Shown here piece after piece: positions 29,536-42,074 of a DNA stretch of 64,000 nucleotides; positions within the stretch are counted from its first letter, which is position 1; every line of letters begins with the position of its first letter. The notes beneath the pieces were generated by a model. It saw nothing but the letters and a program-made list of their open reading frames with translations, ran no database searches and was not told the DNA's origin. The translations under genes and the position numbers were made by a program. The DNA is from Camelus ferus (lineage: Eukaryota). Location: positions 86,120,001 through 86,184,000 of the forward strand of contig NC_045697.1 in the NCBI RefSeq assembly GCF_009834535.1, in the 5' to 3' direction.

Positions 29536-32192
29536 CAGGGATTCCCAAAGTGTGGTTCCTGGACTCCTGGGGTCAATAAAACCTTCTAGGGAATCTTTCA
29601 GGTCAAAACCATTCTAAGTAAGTCTTTATTTTCCTTTTTCCCTAGGTTGATATTTGTGATACTGGTGCAGAAGCAATGGTAAAATTGCTAGTATATGGCA
29701 AGAGTCAAAGCAATGACAAACTATAATCACTGTAATCTTCATCACCATTTGAGAGTACAGAAAAAAATTCCATCTAGTTTCATGTAATATGTCCTTAATG
29801 AAGCAATAAAAATTATTAATCTTATTAAATTCTGATGCTTGAGTACATCTCTTTTTAACATTTAGTGCGAGAAAATAGAAAGTATGCACAAAGCACCTTT
29901 GCTGTGTACAGGAGAGCACCTGTGTGATTGTTTGAGTTACAGGCTGAACTGTGTACTTTTTTTCAAGAAACACCATTTTTAAGAATGAAAGTACAACAGA
30001 CAGTGATTAACAACCAGTAATAACAAGTTGTTATTAACACTTGGGTATTTGGTAGACTTTTTTAAACTGAAGGAAGTGATCTTCTCATTTCAAAGGAATA
30101 TGTTTCCAAAGATAAAAGTTGAGCTTTCAAGTAAAAATCAGTATCTGCCACCATAAGCTTGACAGCTATGTGATACTCAACAACTTTTCTGATGAGATTA
30201 GTAGTGATATCAACAAATGTGATTTGTTTGATGTTCTATAATAAAACATGTCAACATTTACAGGATGCTATAAATCACGTATGGTTTTAAAAGATCCATT
30301 CAAAGTACCAAACAGACCAAAAGTATTTCAATATACCACAATACAAAAAGCTAATCAATACGGTTTTAGATTCCACATTGTTTAAGAAACTAATGTTTAA
30401 GAAACTACTACTTATCAAGCTCAGGTGTCGTATCAAATATGAAGAGCCAAAATTTATATGGAATTGCTATTTAAATACTCCTCTCTATTTTCTTTTTTAA
30501 AAATACTTTTAATTGAACTATAGTCGATTTACAATGTTGTGTTAAGTTCTGGTGCTCCCTATTTTCAACTACGTATCTATGTAAACTGGATTTTCTTCAT
30601 ATACTTCAACCAAAACAACATACAGAAACAGGCTGAATGTAGAAAACAGACATGAGAAGCCAAGTGCCTCTGCTTAATGCCAGAATAAAAAATTTGCAAA
30701 AATGTAACACAATGCAACCATTCTCATTAAATTCTCTCTGTTTTTGAAAATAGTTACTTTTCATTAAAATGTTATTTATGTAAACATGCAATGTGTTTAT
30801 TTTTTAATGAAATGGTAAATATTTTAGACATTTTTTGGTTTTAATTTTAATATAGTAAGCATTGATAGATATAACCTAGGATCCTCAGTAATTTAACACC
30901 ATATACAAAAATAACTCAAAATGGATTAAAGACCTAAACGTAAGACCAGATACCATAAAACTCCTAGAGGAAAACATAGGCAGAACACTCTTTGACGTAA
31001 ATCATAGCAGTATTTATTTGGCTCTGTCTCCTAAAAAGCAAAGGAAGTAAAAGCAAAAGTAAATAAATAGGACCTAATCAAACTGAAAGAGTTTTTGCAC
31101 AGCAAAGGAAACCATCAATAAGGCAAAAAGACCAGCTATTGAATGGAAGAAAATATTTGCAAATGATATGACCAATAGGGGTTAATATCCAAAATATATA
31201 AATAGCTCATAGAACTCATCAAAAAAGCAAACAACCCAATGAAAAAAATGGGCAGAAGAACTGAACAGACATTTTTCCAAAGAAGAAAATGCCGATAGCA
31301 CATGAAAAGATGCTCAACATCACTAATCATTAGGAAAATGTAAATTAAAACCACAATAGGATGTCATCTCACATCTCTCAGAATGACTATCATCAAAAAG
31401 AGCACAAATAACAAATGTTGACAAGAATGTGGAGAATAGGGAACCCTCGTACACTGCTGGTAGGAATGAAAATTTGTGCAGCCACTGTGGAAAACAGTAT
31501 AGAAGTTTCTCAAAAAACTACCATACAATCCAGCAATTCCACTCCTGGGTAAATATCCAAAAGAAACAAAAATGCAAATTCAAAAAGATACATGCACCCC
31601 AATGTTCATAGCAGCATTATTTACAATTGCCAAGATATGGAAGCAACCTAAGTGTCCATCAACAAATGAATGTATAAAGAAGATGTGGTATACACACAAT
31701 GGAATACAACTCAGCCAGAAAAAAGAATGATATTTGCCATCTGCAACAACATGGATAGACTTAGAGGGTATTATGCTAAGTGAAAAAAAAAACCATAAAA
31801 AATAAAACAAACTAATGAATATAACAAAAAAGGAGACTCACAGATATAGAGAACAAACTAGTGGTTACCAGTATGGAGAGGGAAAGTGGGAGGGGCAATA
31901 TGGAAGCAGGCGATTAAGAGGTACAAACTATTATGCATAAAATAAGCTACTATGATACACTGTAGAACATAGGGAATATAGACCATATTTTATAATAACT
32001 ATAAATGGAGTATAACCTTAAAAATTGTGAATTGCTATATTTTACCTTATATAATATTATCTAACTTCCACTTATATAATATTGTACACCAACTATACTT
32101 CAATTTTAAAAATTAAATAAATAAATAAATAAACTGATCTTTAAAAAAAAAATGTAAAAGAGTCTTGAGACCAAAAGTTTGAGAAGTGTTGA
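29536..32192 (+). mobile_element. Charlie1-family hAT transposon interrupted by L1 insertions
   Basis: Begins CAGGGATTCCCAAAGTGTGGT, contains GACATGAGAA.CCA...TTTGCAAAAATGTAA, and ends GAGTCTTGAGACCAAAAGTTTGAGAAGTGTTG after the L1. Confidence 0.75.
30895..32152 (+). mobile_element. 5'-truncated L1 (ORF2 end plus 3'UTR, A-rich tail)
   Basis: AACTCAAAATGGATTAAAGACCTAAACGTAAGACC, CCAGCAATTCCACTCCTGGG and AAGCAACCTAAGTGTCCATCAAC motifs; (AAAT)n tail. Confidence 0.92.
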
Positions 32193-32635
32193 TTTAGCAG
32201 ACTGAATACAATAAATGACAGTCAAAAATCTGTTGATTTATTTTGATAAAATGTCAATTTATAGGAATACTATATTTATTTTGCAGCTATTAAAACAATC
32301 CTATTAGTCTACTAAGAAATTATAATTATCTTATGGAAATCATAGGATTAATGTTTCTATAAAAATAATCAATATTGTTAGTTAAATATATAATGTTTCT
32401 ATAAAAATAATCAATATTGTTAGTTAAATATAATGTTTAACATCAAAATACTTAATTATTTTTAAAATACAATAAAGTTTTTAAAAAGCATTTTCTCTAC
32501 AGACTCTTGCGTTTTATATTTCTTTTTTCATATACCACAACCTGGTACACATAAGTACACACAGGATAAATTATTACCAGAAAAATGGAAGATGGTTTTC
32601 AATGAGTTTGCTTACACTATTTACTAATTGTACAT

Positions 32636-32770
32636 AATTTACAATGACCTTTAATGAAAAAGAACATGAAAATGAATATACGTATGTCTATGTATGACTG
32701 AAACATATGCTGTACACCAGAAATTGACACATTGTAACTGACTATACTTCAATAAAAATTTTTTTAAACA
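32636..32770 (+). mobile_element. Short lineage-specific L1 3' end
   Basis: TGCTGTACACCAGAAATTGACACATTGTAACTGACTATACTTCAATAAAAA. Confidence 0.75.
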
Positions 32771-32957
32771 AAAAATTATAATGCCCAAGAAAATTGCTGT
32801 CTGTAATGTTTCTAATATTCAAACCTCTATTCAAATTAAAAGAATTCATTTCCATTTTATTCTTGGAATTAAAAACAAATAACTTATCAATAAAGAAGGA
32901 AGTATAAAACTCTCCTCTGTCAGAGCTAAGGAGATATGGAGAAGTCAGTATCTCTAC

Positions 32958-33023
32958 CTTTTGTGTAGCTCTACATCTTGAGGCAGGAAGTAGCTTCATA
33001 GTCTTCTGAGAGGTCACTCCCAC
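32958..33023 (-). CDS. BBS7: BBS7 exon 2 (VGVTSQKTMKLLPASRCRATQK)
   Basis: 66 nt, AG/GT borders, phase 0-0, BBS7 peptide. Confidence 0.96.
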
Positions 33024-34254
33024 CTAAGGAAACAAACCAGCCACCTAGTGAAAGTCTTCTGATACATCAGAGATTAAAAGGACCAGCAGATTCTAATCAT
33101 AGTAATCCTTATTTTTATTGTAATTACTTATGATATGAAATAATTATCATCAGCAATGAACTTATTTTCTAATGAAATATGCCACAGAAGTCAGAATATA
33201 GGAAACAACCAAAAACAGTAAAATTCATACTATGAAGTTGTCAAGCCAAAAATAATTATGTGACATTACTGGCAAGATACTTCACACACATAAAAATATT
33301 TTTAGAAGCCTTCTTTTACAACTTCAGACAGTTGTTAAAGAGTTTTTGTAAAGTAATTAAAAATCTTTGGAAATAGATTTGTTATTATTAAAAATGCAAC
33401 ACAGAAGATTTTTGCTAAAATACCAAACATGCAGATGACAATGACATTCAGTCTAACTGATGATGAAGATTATTTTACAAATATGGTTTATTCAGCAGGG
33501 AACTATCACTAGTGGTGCACAGTTAGGGGAGGAGGCTGGGACCAAAGGGAGAGAAACTGTAGAAAACAACAGATCATGAAATAATTTACATATAATATAG
33601 ATCTATCTTTTTATTCTGTATTCTAGGGAGTAGTATTAAAGTTTAAACTAATCTGTTTAGATTTCTATCTTTGAAACTCAATCTAGCAAGCGATCTGAGA
33701 AAGGTGAAGCTGGAGGCTAGGACCCCAATTAGGAAGCTATTTCAATTATCCAAGCAATAGAAGATGAGGATTGAACCGCGGATAACGGAGATGGAGGGAG
33801 AAAATGGGACAGATTCAAGAGATATTCAGGAGATAAAAGCAGCAATATGTGGGGACCAGTTAGATATGGAAGACATTAAGATGGGAAGTACCTAGCAAAA
33901 CTCTGAAGGAACGTAACCTGGCAAACATTTGTACTATTAGTCAAAGCAGAATTACTGAAAAAGGAGGAGCTGGAGGAGAGAAAGTCTCGGGCTGAAGTAC
34001 TGAAAGGCAGGGTGGTGTAACAGAATGAACACCAGCTCTGGAGTCAGAGACTTTGCTTCAAACAGGAACAACAGCGACATTTTTCACTATTATGCACGTT
34101 ACCTTCTCTGAGCCCTTCTGAGAATTTTTATGAGGATTAAATATATTTATATATGTTAAGCTCTTAGAATAAACTAGGTGCTACAAAATGGTTGTCATTG
34201 CTTTTATGATCTATGATGATATAATTTTATTATGGTAATAATACCGTAATACAG

Positions 34255-34960
34255 GAGAACGGCCCTGGGGGGGAACCCGGGATCGCGTCAGGACACTCGG
34301 AGCATCTTCAGGACCTGGCAGACGCCAGCACCGCGGGGGCCCGTGCCGCTTCTTTCCAGGTCCCAGTGGACTGTCACCAACGAGGCAGAATTGCCCGTGA
34401 GGAAGGCGTCGTGGGGGCGACACCCAGACCCGCTCCTTCCCCGCCGCTTCGGCTCCGGGAGACCCAACAGACGGCGGTGGAAGGATGGAATCCTCTCAGG
34501 GAGCGGGGCTCACCCCGCGCAGCGCCCGCCTCAACCCCTCAGGTTTACCTGTAAATAATCCGCTCGGTTTAAATTCAGGTCCATGACGGCGGCACGGACG
34601 CGCTGGGGAGCGTCACGCCGGGACAGGTGGGACAGAGGCTACCGGACGCCAGGCCTCTGAAGGGAAACGACTCGCGTCCCCTCTAAGGGGCAACGCCAGG
34701 TACGGCAGCCTCGGCTCGCGGGGATGCAAGGGCGGAGCGTCAGGGCAGCGGCGTCCTGCGTGACGTCAGTACGTCCCTTCGAGTGGGCTCCGGACGGAAA
34801 TGAAGCACCGCCCCCTCCCAGCAGACAGCCCATTGACTTAACCCGCTCCAATGAGAGGCGGAGACGAACGGAGGGCGTGGCCCAGGAGACTCGAGATGGA
34901 TGGTTTCCAGGGAGACGGGAGACGCAGTCTTCGCTCCACCCCTACTGCAGGCCTAAACCG
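34255..34960. promoter_or_regulatory. BBS7: CpG island / BBS7 promoter and 5'UTR
   Basis: Abrupt GC- and CpG-rich stretch in AT-rich DNA spanning exon 1. GC boxes at about 34730-34737 and 34808-34814, CRE TGACGTCA 34761-34768, CCAAT 34848-34852, X-box-like 34903-34916. Confidence 0.9.
34549..34584 (-). CDS. BBS7: BBS7 coding exon 1 (MDLNLNRADYLQ)
   Basis: ATG at 34584-34582 inside the CpG island; 36 nt followed by donor GTAAAC; matches the BBS7 N-terminus. Confidence 0.95.
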
Positions 34961-35089
34961 CACCTCTAAGTCTTTCTGTGTAAAGTCTGAAGGTGAGTCC
35001 CAATCCTGTGTAGATTCTAACGTGATTCACCGGCACTGGAAAGGGTCCCACACAAGTATTTGGTTTCACCTCCGTAGGAGTTAGCTTTA

Positions 35090-36045
35090 CAGCAGCAATT
35101 CTCAAACTTTTGGCCTTAGGACTCCTTTACAATTGAGAACCCAAAGACCTTTTATGAGTTACCATATGATAAATTAAAACTACATTTTAAAAAATATAGT
35201 AAAAAAAACTTACTACATAAATATTTTAATGAAAAATAACTATTTTCCAAAATAAAAGTAAAAAGACTAGCTTTGTTTGCAAATCTATTTACTGTCCACC
35301 TGAATAGTAAACAGGGGAGTCACAGATCTACTTCTGCATACAACCTATTGGTACATGTTGTTTTTTGGTTTTGTTTTTTAAGTATATGAAGAAAATATGG
35401 TCCAAACTTAACAAGTGGTAGTTTTTGGAAAGTTAGTTGCAGTGTTGAATATGGCTCCATTATACAACACCTCCAAAAGTCCATTTGTTAATATAATCAC
35501 AAATTCCATCAGAAAACTTTTGAAGTATTGGAAAGCTGTCACAAATTTCTTCAAAACACCAATTTGTGCCTAAAAGCTCAAATTTTAACCGCTGGCAACA
35601 AATGTTAGTTGTTTGCCTTGAAATGATAGTCTCTCTTCTTGAATTCACAAGGAAGTGTATGCCAAGTACCCAAGTCTGAATAATCATAATTTGTCAGTCA
35701 TGCTTTCAAAAAAAAAAAGTGTTTTGTGAAAAAAGCAGCAAGTTCAGCTAGCAACTCAAATAATCATGCAAGTGTTTTTCCTTGGAACAACTAATGTACT
35801 TCCATACTCAGTAGAAATGTTTTATGCATAATTCCTATGTCACCACACAGAATATTAAAAAAGATATGTACTCAAGTATAGATTTAAAATGAACAATTTT
35901 CACTGCTTCATAAAGGACATTTTTACATGAAGCTTTGTTTCCTGCCAATGTGTGGCATGAAGAATAAGATGACAACTACAGTTTGAAGCCACTGCATTGA
36001 TTCACACTCAAATGGCAACACAGTGAAAAAGGCAAATAACATCTT
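35090..36045 (-). mobile_element. Charlie1-family hAT transposon, inverted relative to the 29.5-32.2 kb copy
   Basis: CAGCAATTCTCAAACTTTTGGCCTTAGGACTC is approximately the reverse complement of 32160-32191. Confidence 0.75.
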
Positions 36046-36235
36046 CTGAGGCTAAAATAACTCCATATTGAAATAAACAACAATGCCTGAAGATGGATTA
36101 GCAGTATAGCAATTTGGAGAAAATATCAATTTAGACTCAACAAAAATACAAATAAATTTTAAAAATAAAGCCATAGGGGAGATAGGATAAAACAGAATTG
36201 TTATAGCATTTTACGGAATTTAGGGGGTTGGAAGG

Positions 36236-36639
36236 TGTATTAGTTAGATAGGGCCACCACAATAAACTACCACAAACTGAGTAGCTTAAACAACAGAAAT
36301 TAATTTTCTTATAGGATCTCACAGGCTAGGAGAACAAAATCAAGGTGTCAGTAATGAACCAAACCAATCCTCTGAGGCATCTCTCCTTGGCTTATAGATG
36401 GCCATCTTCATACTGTGTCTTCATATGTTCTTCCCCCTGTGTTAGTCTGTGTCCTAATCTCCTTGTCTAATGACACCAGTCATGTCGGATAAAGGCCCAC
36501 CCTAGTGACCTAATTTTAACCCTAGTAACCTAATTATCTCTTTAAACGTCCTATCTCCAAATACAGTCACATTATGGGGTACTGGTGGTTAGGACTTCAA
36601 TATATGGATTTAGGAGGGAACACAATTCAGCCATTAACA
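36236..36639 (-). mobile_element. MaLR LTR (MLT1A-like)
   Basis: TGTATTAGTT...GCTTAAACAACAGAAAT...CCAAATACAGTCACATT..GGTTAGGACTTCAA..ACACAATTCAGCCATTAACA. Confidence 0.85.
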
Positions 36640-37062
36640 GAAAAGAATTTGTCTGATCTTAAAAGAGAATAGAAGAAACCACAAAGAAAAAAAAATAGAT
36701 AGGAAAATAAAGATTAAACACTTCAATATGTCACAAAAATTTTAAATATAAAAAAATTTGGGATACATATGTGCAGTTAGTACCTCTATGAACAGTTCAT
36801 ACAAATATTTTAAAAAGAAATACTAGGACTCCAATGAGAAAATCATGAACAGACAATTCACAAAGAAGGTGACTGCTGAAAAAACACAGAAATTTGTTAC
36901 CTTCACTTGTAAACAATAATATTAGAGCAAGATATCTCTTTATTTTGCCTTTCAAATTAGAAAAAATTTAAATGATACCACTATATGCTGTAGAGAGAGC
37001 AAGTGCTCATCAACTATGATGCTTTAAACTAGTAATAAAACCCTTTTCAAAAGCAACCTGGT

Positions 37063-37196
37063 GTCGGGGGTATAGCTCAGTGGTAGAAAGTGTCCTTAGC
37101 ATCCACAAGTTCCTGGGTTCAATCCCCAGTACCTTTGTTATAAACAAACAAACCAACCAACCTAATCACCTCCCCCCTCAAACCAAACCAAACAAA
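37063..37196 (+). mobile_element. Camelid tRNA-derived SINE (Vic-1-like) with TSD
   Basis: A-box TAGCTCAGTGG, B-box GGTTCAATCC and CCTAATCACCTCCCCC tail. TSD AAAAGCAACCTGGT (37049-37062) versus AAAAGCAACTTAGT (37197-37210). Confidence 0.88.
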
Positions 37197-39982
37197 AAAA
37201 GCAACTTAGTAATATGTTTCCAAATCTACAAATCTATGTGGCTGTATTTTACATATGTATACATATATATTATATAAATATATATCCATAACCCCAATTC
37301 TGGATATTTAATCCATGAAAAAGACACAAAATAGGTTAGAAGCCATAATTGAGGCAGTATTTAAAATAAGGCCCTAACTGTCCAATAACTGGGGACTAGT
37401 GCATCCATTTTGTGGGCTATTATGCAGCCATTGAAAGTGAGAATAATGAAGGCTGTATAGCAATGTGGAAAGCACTAAAGACAATAATTTTAAAAGAACA
37501 TTAAATTGTGTATATTCTATGATTTCACTTATAGGAAAAGTCTGTTAAGAAAAAACCTTTAGTTGGTTGTAAACTGAAGAATTATGAGCTTCCCCTACCT
37601 GTTTTTTTGTGTTTTCCATAAGATATTTGCATTATTTTAAAATAAAATTTTGCACTTTAAAAGTAAAATTTTTGTAAAATAAAATTAAAAATTAACTAAG
37701 AGATTATAAGAATCCTCTGTTTAACTCCGCATAATTTCCAGAGTGGCACTGCACTGTCCCAGTGATTGCAAGGTTCTAATAAAGGGTTATCGAAGACGGT
37801 GGGTACCAAATCCTCCCACTGCCTATTTTCTTGTTTCCTTTTAGGTCCTTGTAATGCATGTTAACAATTTAAGGAAAATGGTACCAATATCAATATTGCT
37901 ATTTGCATTATAGCAAACAAACCATCAAAATGTTGAAAACCACACAACATTGTAAAATGACTATTACTCAATAAAAGTTAGAAAAAAATGTTGAAAACCT
38001 AGTGAAGAGGGCAGAAATTACCCTTTTAAAAATGACAGCTGAGTATAAATAGTATTCCAGGGCTGGGTAAAATCTTAGAAACCATTAATCCAATGTTTTC
38101 GTTTTGGATTCATAAACTATTTTCATAGTAGTATATAACCCTTCAAAACCCTTAGGAATTTTAATAATTATTTCATTTTTTTGATTGTACAGTTTTGCAA
38201 TTAATTTTGTGTAGAAAGGTAATTTTTCAATAGAAATGCAACTTTAAAGACTTTAGGTATTTTATTTTAGATTGCTATATTATTTAAGGTAGCATTATAA
38301 AATTGATCATTATACAATATTTACAATATTTGTAATAAAAACATATACTGGTGATGCTTATTTTCCATTTAACAAGTGATGCCCACTGTTTATTTCACTG
38401 TAAGTTAACTGTGTAAAAGATAAGAGGTTTTTTTGAAGATCAAATTTATTTCAAAACATAGAAAAGAGGCTACGACACAGCATCAAAAATAAATAAAAAG
38501 AGCTTACATAATATGTTATTTGGAATTCTTTCATTCTGCATCTAGAAAAGGCAGGGAATGTATTATTTTTTAAGTATTGTGTTTTGTTTCAAAATGATGA
38601 GCAAAGCTTTCATGCTAATTTTAAGCACTTCTCAAATAATCAGCAGGATAGGGAATTTTTATTCACAATAAATGAAATGCCAAGTTAGACAAAACTGCCA
38701 CTATATTTTCTCTTTTTAAACATGTCTTCAGATACTAGAGACATCTTGGTGGGCTACATTAAAAACAAAAACAGATGCTTGCATCTCAGATGTGATAAAT
38801 ACATCTTGAAACAAATTTACTGAATTATTGTGTAATACAGTAACATAATCTTATGTTGTGGTTTTAAAGCAATCATTGTAAGCATAAATTAAACAACTCA
38901 TCACTAAGAATAAAAGCAATTAAATTGCATTAAAGTCAAAACCATCAACACAGCTAGAGGTGGTTAGCTGAGTGACTGAATCGTGAGTGTACATATTGGT
39001 CTCCAACATATGGTACCAATTTGGAAACTCTCTTGTTCTAAAAGAAAAAAATTAATAAATACCCCTTTTAAATTGACTTTATAAAAAAGAAATATGTAGA
39101 AACAGAGATCATTACCGCCTTGGATGATGATATTAACTAAATACCCCTCCAATGCGCAGAGACCAGGAACCCCATGGTGTAGCACAACCCTGTCTGACTG
39201 GACAACATACGAGACCAGAGAAGTTTGTCTCAGGCCACACAATTAACAATTAATGTGGCTTTAGGTCTCTTTAGACATTGGCTATAAGACACTTAACCTT
39301 CCCATTTACAAAATCTGCTCTCACTTGGCTTACACATTTGAATCAAAATATATTAGACATGATGGGGAAAGGGAATTACCCTAAATTATACTAATTTTGC
39401 TTTTAATAATCACAGTATATTTATATCATTTCTAAGTTTTTATAGTGCACAGAAATTTTTGAAGACATTGCATACTATTTTGCATAATTCTCTATTTTAT
39501 TTCAAATCTATGAATCCAAGCTTCTCAACATATTGTAAATTCCATCAAGTCAAAGATCCTCAGGAGGTTTACTACAGCAAGCATTTACAAAGTGCCAAAC
39601 TTTTTACACAATAAGCCTAAGAAGGCATTTCAGTGTTACCTCCTTTCCTTGATTGTCTCTGTAACTGAGGAAAAAAACTAAGAACAGCACAGAGGTCAAA
39701 AAGTGAGAGAGATTGGATTTGGATGGTCCTGTAATTAATCATAAGCCCCTAAATGTCTTTTGCTAGACAAGTTGCTTTTAGTCCCATTAAAGTGCTCCCC
39801 TCTCCAAGTCACCACATCAACTTCTTCGAGCTTTACTCTTAAGCACAATGTGCCTGTTACAATAGATAGTGGGGCAAGGACTTGCTGGCCCAGGGCTATC
39901 CTTAACCTCAAAGAAGTATTAATTCTGACAGCAATCCTCTTAACTAATCTTCACCTCTCCCCTAAGTTACCACAGTAATACC

Positions 39983-40412
39983 TGTGTCTTGGTGTGGGTT
40001 CTCTAAAAGCAAAGTTTAACAGGATTTGGATGTGGTGATTTATTGAGGGAACCCTCTCAGGAGAAGGGGAGAAGGAAGCAGGGTAAAACAGGGAAGGAGC
40101 TAAACAAAGATTAGGTCTCAGCTGGAGTCTAGCTTCAGCCTAATCCTTTCCAGAGTTCTCAGGCATGAACTGCACCAAAAAAGTTGGCCCTACCTTGACA
40201 CAAGGGGCCAGACTTTTGTGCCTCCACCCCAGCTGGCTGTGAGGGAAAGTCCTAACAACCACGGCAAGGTGGCTTCCTTTCCACTGAGGGCAATCCCCTG
40301 GGGAACAGGACGGCTGGGAGTTGTTAAGGATCACAGGATCTGAGAGATGCATGCACCGGCCCATTAAAGGGAACCTATGCAGGGCATCCATAGGATCCAT
40401 AGCACCCACCAC
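39983..40412 (-). mobile_element. ERVL LTR (LTR16-like) within the putative TRPC3 3'UTR
   Basis: TGTCTTGG..TGGGTTCTCTAAAAGCA...AGGATTTG..TG..GTGATTTATTGAGGGA start typical of antisense LTR16. Confidence 0.6.
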
Positions 40413-42074
40413 ACCTTGGCATCACGTCTTCCTTCTTGACTACCACCCAGAAACTATAAAGAAAGAAAAAAAAACAAAACAGCGAAAACATACTAGTTTT
40501 ACACAAGCACAGTAAATAAAGGGAAAACAATCTACGTTGAGAGCTCTGGAGTTGCAAAAAGCATGGACTAAAGAAAAAGATGTGTGTACTCACATGGCAG
40601 AGATGACATGAGTTTTATCTTTATTCAACACTCTAAGAATACTAGACTAACTGAATCTGACACTTTCATATTCAACCTTTTTCCAACCCTAATTAAAAAT
40701 ATGACTTCATATTCTGTTCCGTAACTGTAAGCAAAAATTTCCATACTTGGAATCCCAGACAACACTATATATAAGACTGAAAGTGTTGTCTATTATGGAA
40801 AATCCACATCTTCAGTGGTTTAATATAAAGTATATATAACATATAACAATGAAAAATTCAGTATTTTATTCCGTTCTGAGGCATAACATAAATTACATAA
40901 AGCTTGAAAAATGTTTAAGACAAAATGCTATTAGCATAGTACAAAAGTTAATGAAATATTCTACAATGGTAGCAAAAATGTATAAAGTTCTTTTCTTAAG
41001 TCCCAAAAAGTAGACATTAAGAAACAATATTTAAAGAGTTTTATGTAGTTCCATTAATGTTCATTTTTGTTTTCATGTCTAGAAACCCTTCCTTCATGAT
41101 AGTAATGATTTTTTTAGTATCATGTATTTAATTGGCCTTCAGAACCTATAAAACTCTTTGAGCTATGATCACAATTTGTATTCTGGTGAGACTTGATAGG
41201 AATAGACTTAAGATAATCAGGACATTAAGCATAACTCTATGACAGATTTAAACTTAACTGGTTAAAAAAATTCTTTGAGTATTTTCTGGTCTGTGCAGAG
41301 ATGAGAGAACTTACCGGCCTGTATCCCCTTTCCTAGTACAGTCATGAGACGTTGTGGATATTTCCAGTGTTCAGTTCAGTTATACAGTAAGTCAGATACA
41401 GATACATCACAGTCTATTTTGTGTAGCAAGTGTAACTGAAATGCCTTGATAAAAAAAAAAAAGGATGTCAATCATTGTAAGCAATGATGGCAAGAGATGC
41501 CTCAAAGGGAAATGAAACACACTTGTTGATGATTGGATATGTGCCTTTCCAGGTACACACCCTCTTTCCCATTTTTTCCCATAGCATACCCTCCAAAAGT
41601 CAGAGTAGAGCTAACAGGCAAGATACGAAGACAGTTTTTGATAATTTATTTAGCGTTAAAGCATCAGAGGCAGAAATTAGGAGGTTATACCAAACTAACA
41701 ACCCTGCATAACCCCCGACTTTAAAAATTCACCACCCTTCTGACTAAATTCATATTACTGAAAAACAACAGATGAAAATCTAAAACAGAAAGTAAACAGT
41801 ATATAGTTTAGAAAAATCTGTAATGTGTTGTTTTGAACAATTCTATGAAACTTAAATTGGTTAATGTAATTAGATTTTCTATTAACCCATTTCACTGTGA
41901 AATTCTTCATTCAGTCATGCCAAAAATTCTAAGAAAATCTGACCAAGTCATAGCTGCTTGTAAAATCTCTTCAGTTTCTATTGAAAAAAATCTCTTCAGC
42001 ACTTGGACAAGGGAAGGTATGCTCAATAGTGATCGCCTTTTAATTTTTATTTGTATTTTGTTGGCAGTTCGGTT

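Noticed and set aside
31136..31810. ORFs with L1-like peptides
   Set aside because: Fragments of a decayed L1 with frameshifts and stops.
34211..35084. Cluster of 60-80 aa ORFs around the CpG island
   Set aside because: Expected from the low stop-codon frequency in GC-rich DNA; only 34549-34584 is supported as coding.
37066..37135. tRNA-like sequence
   Set aside because: It has a SINE tail, a TSD and a degenerate cloverleaf, so it is a tRNA-derived SINE rather than a tRNA gene.
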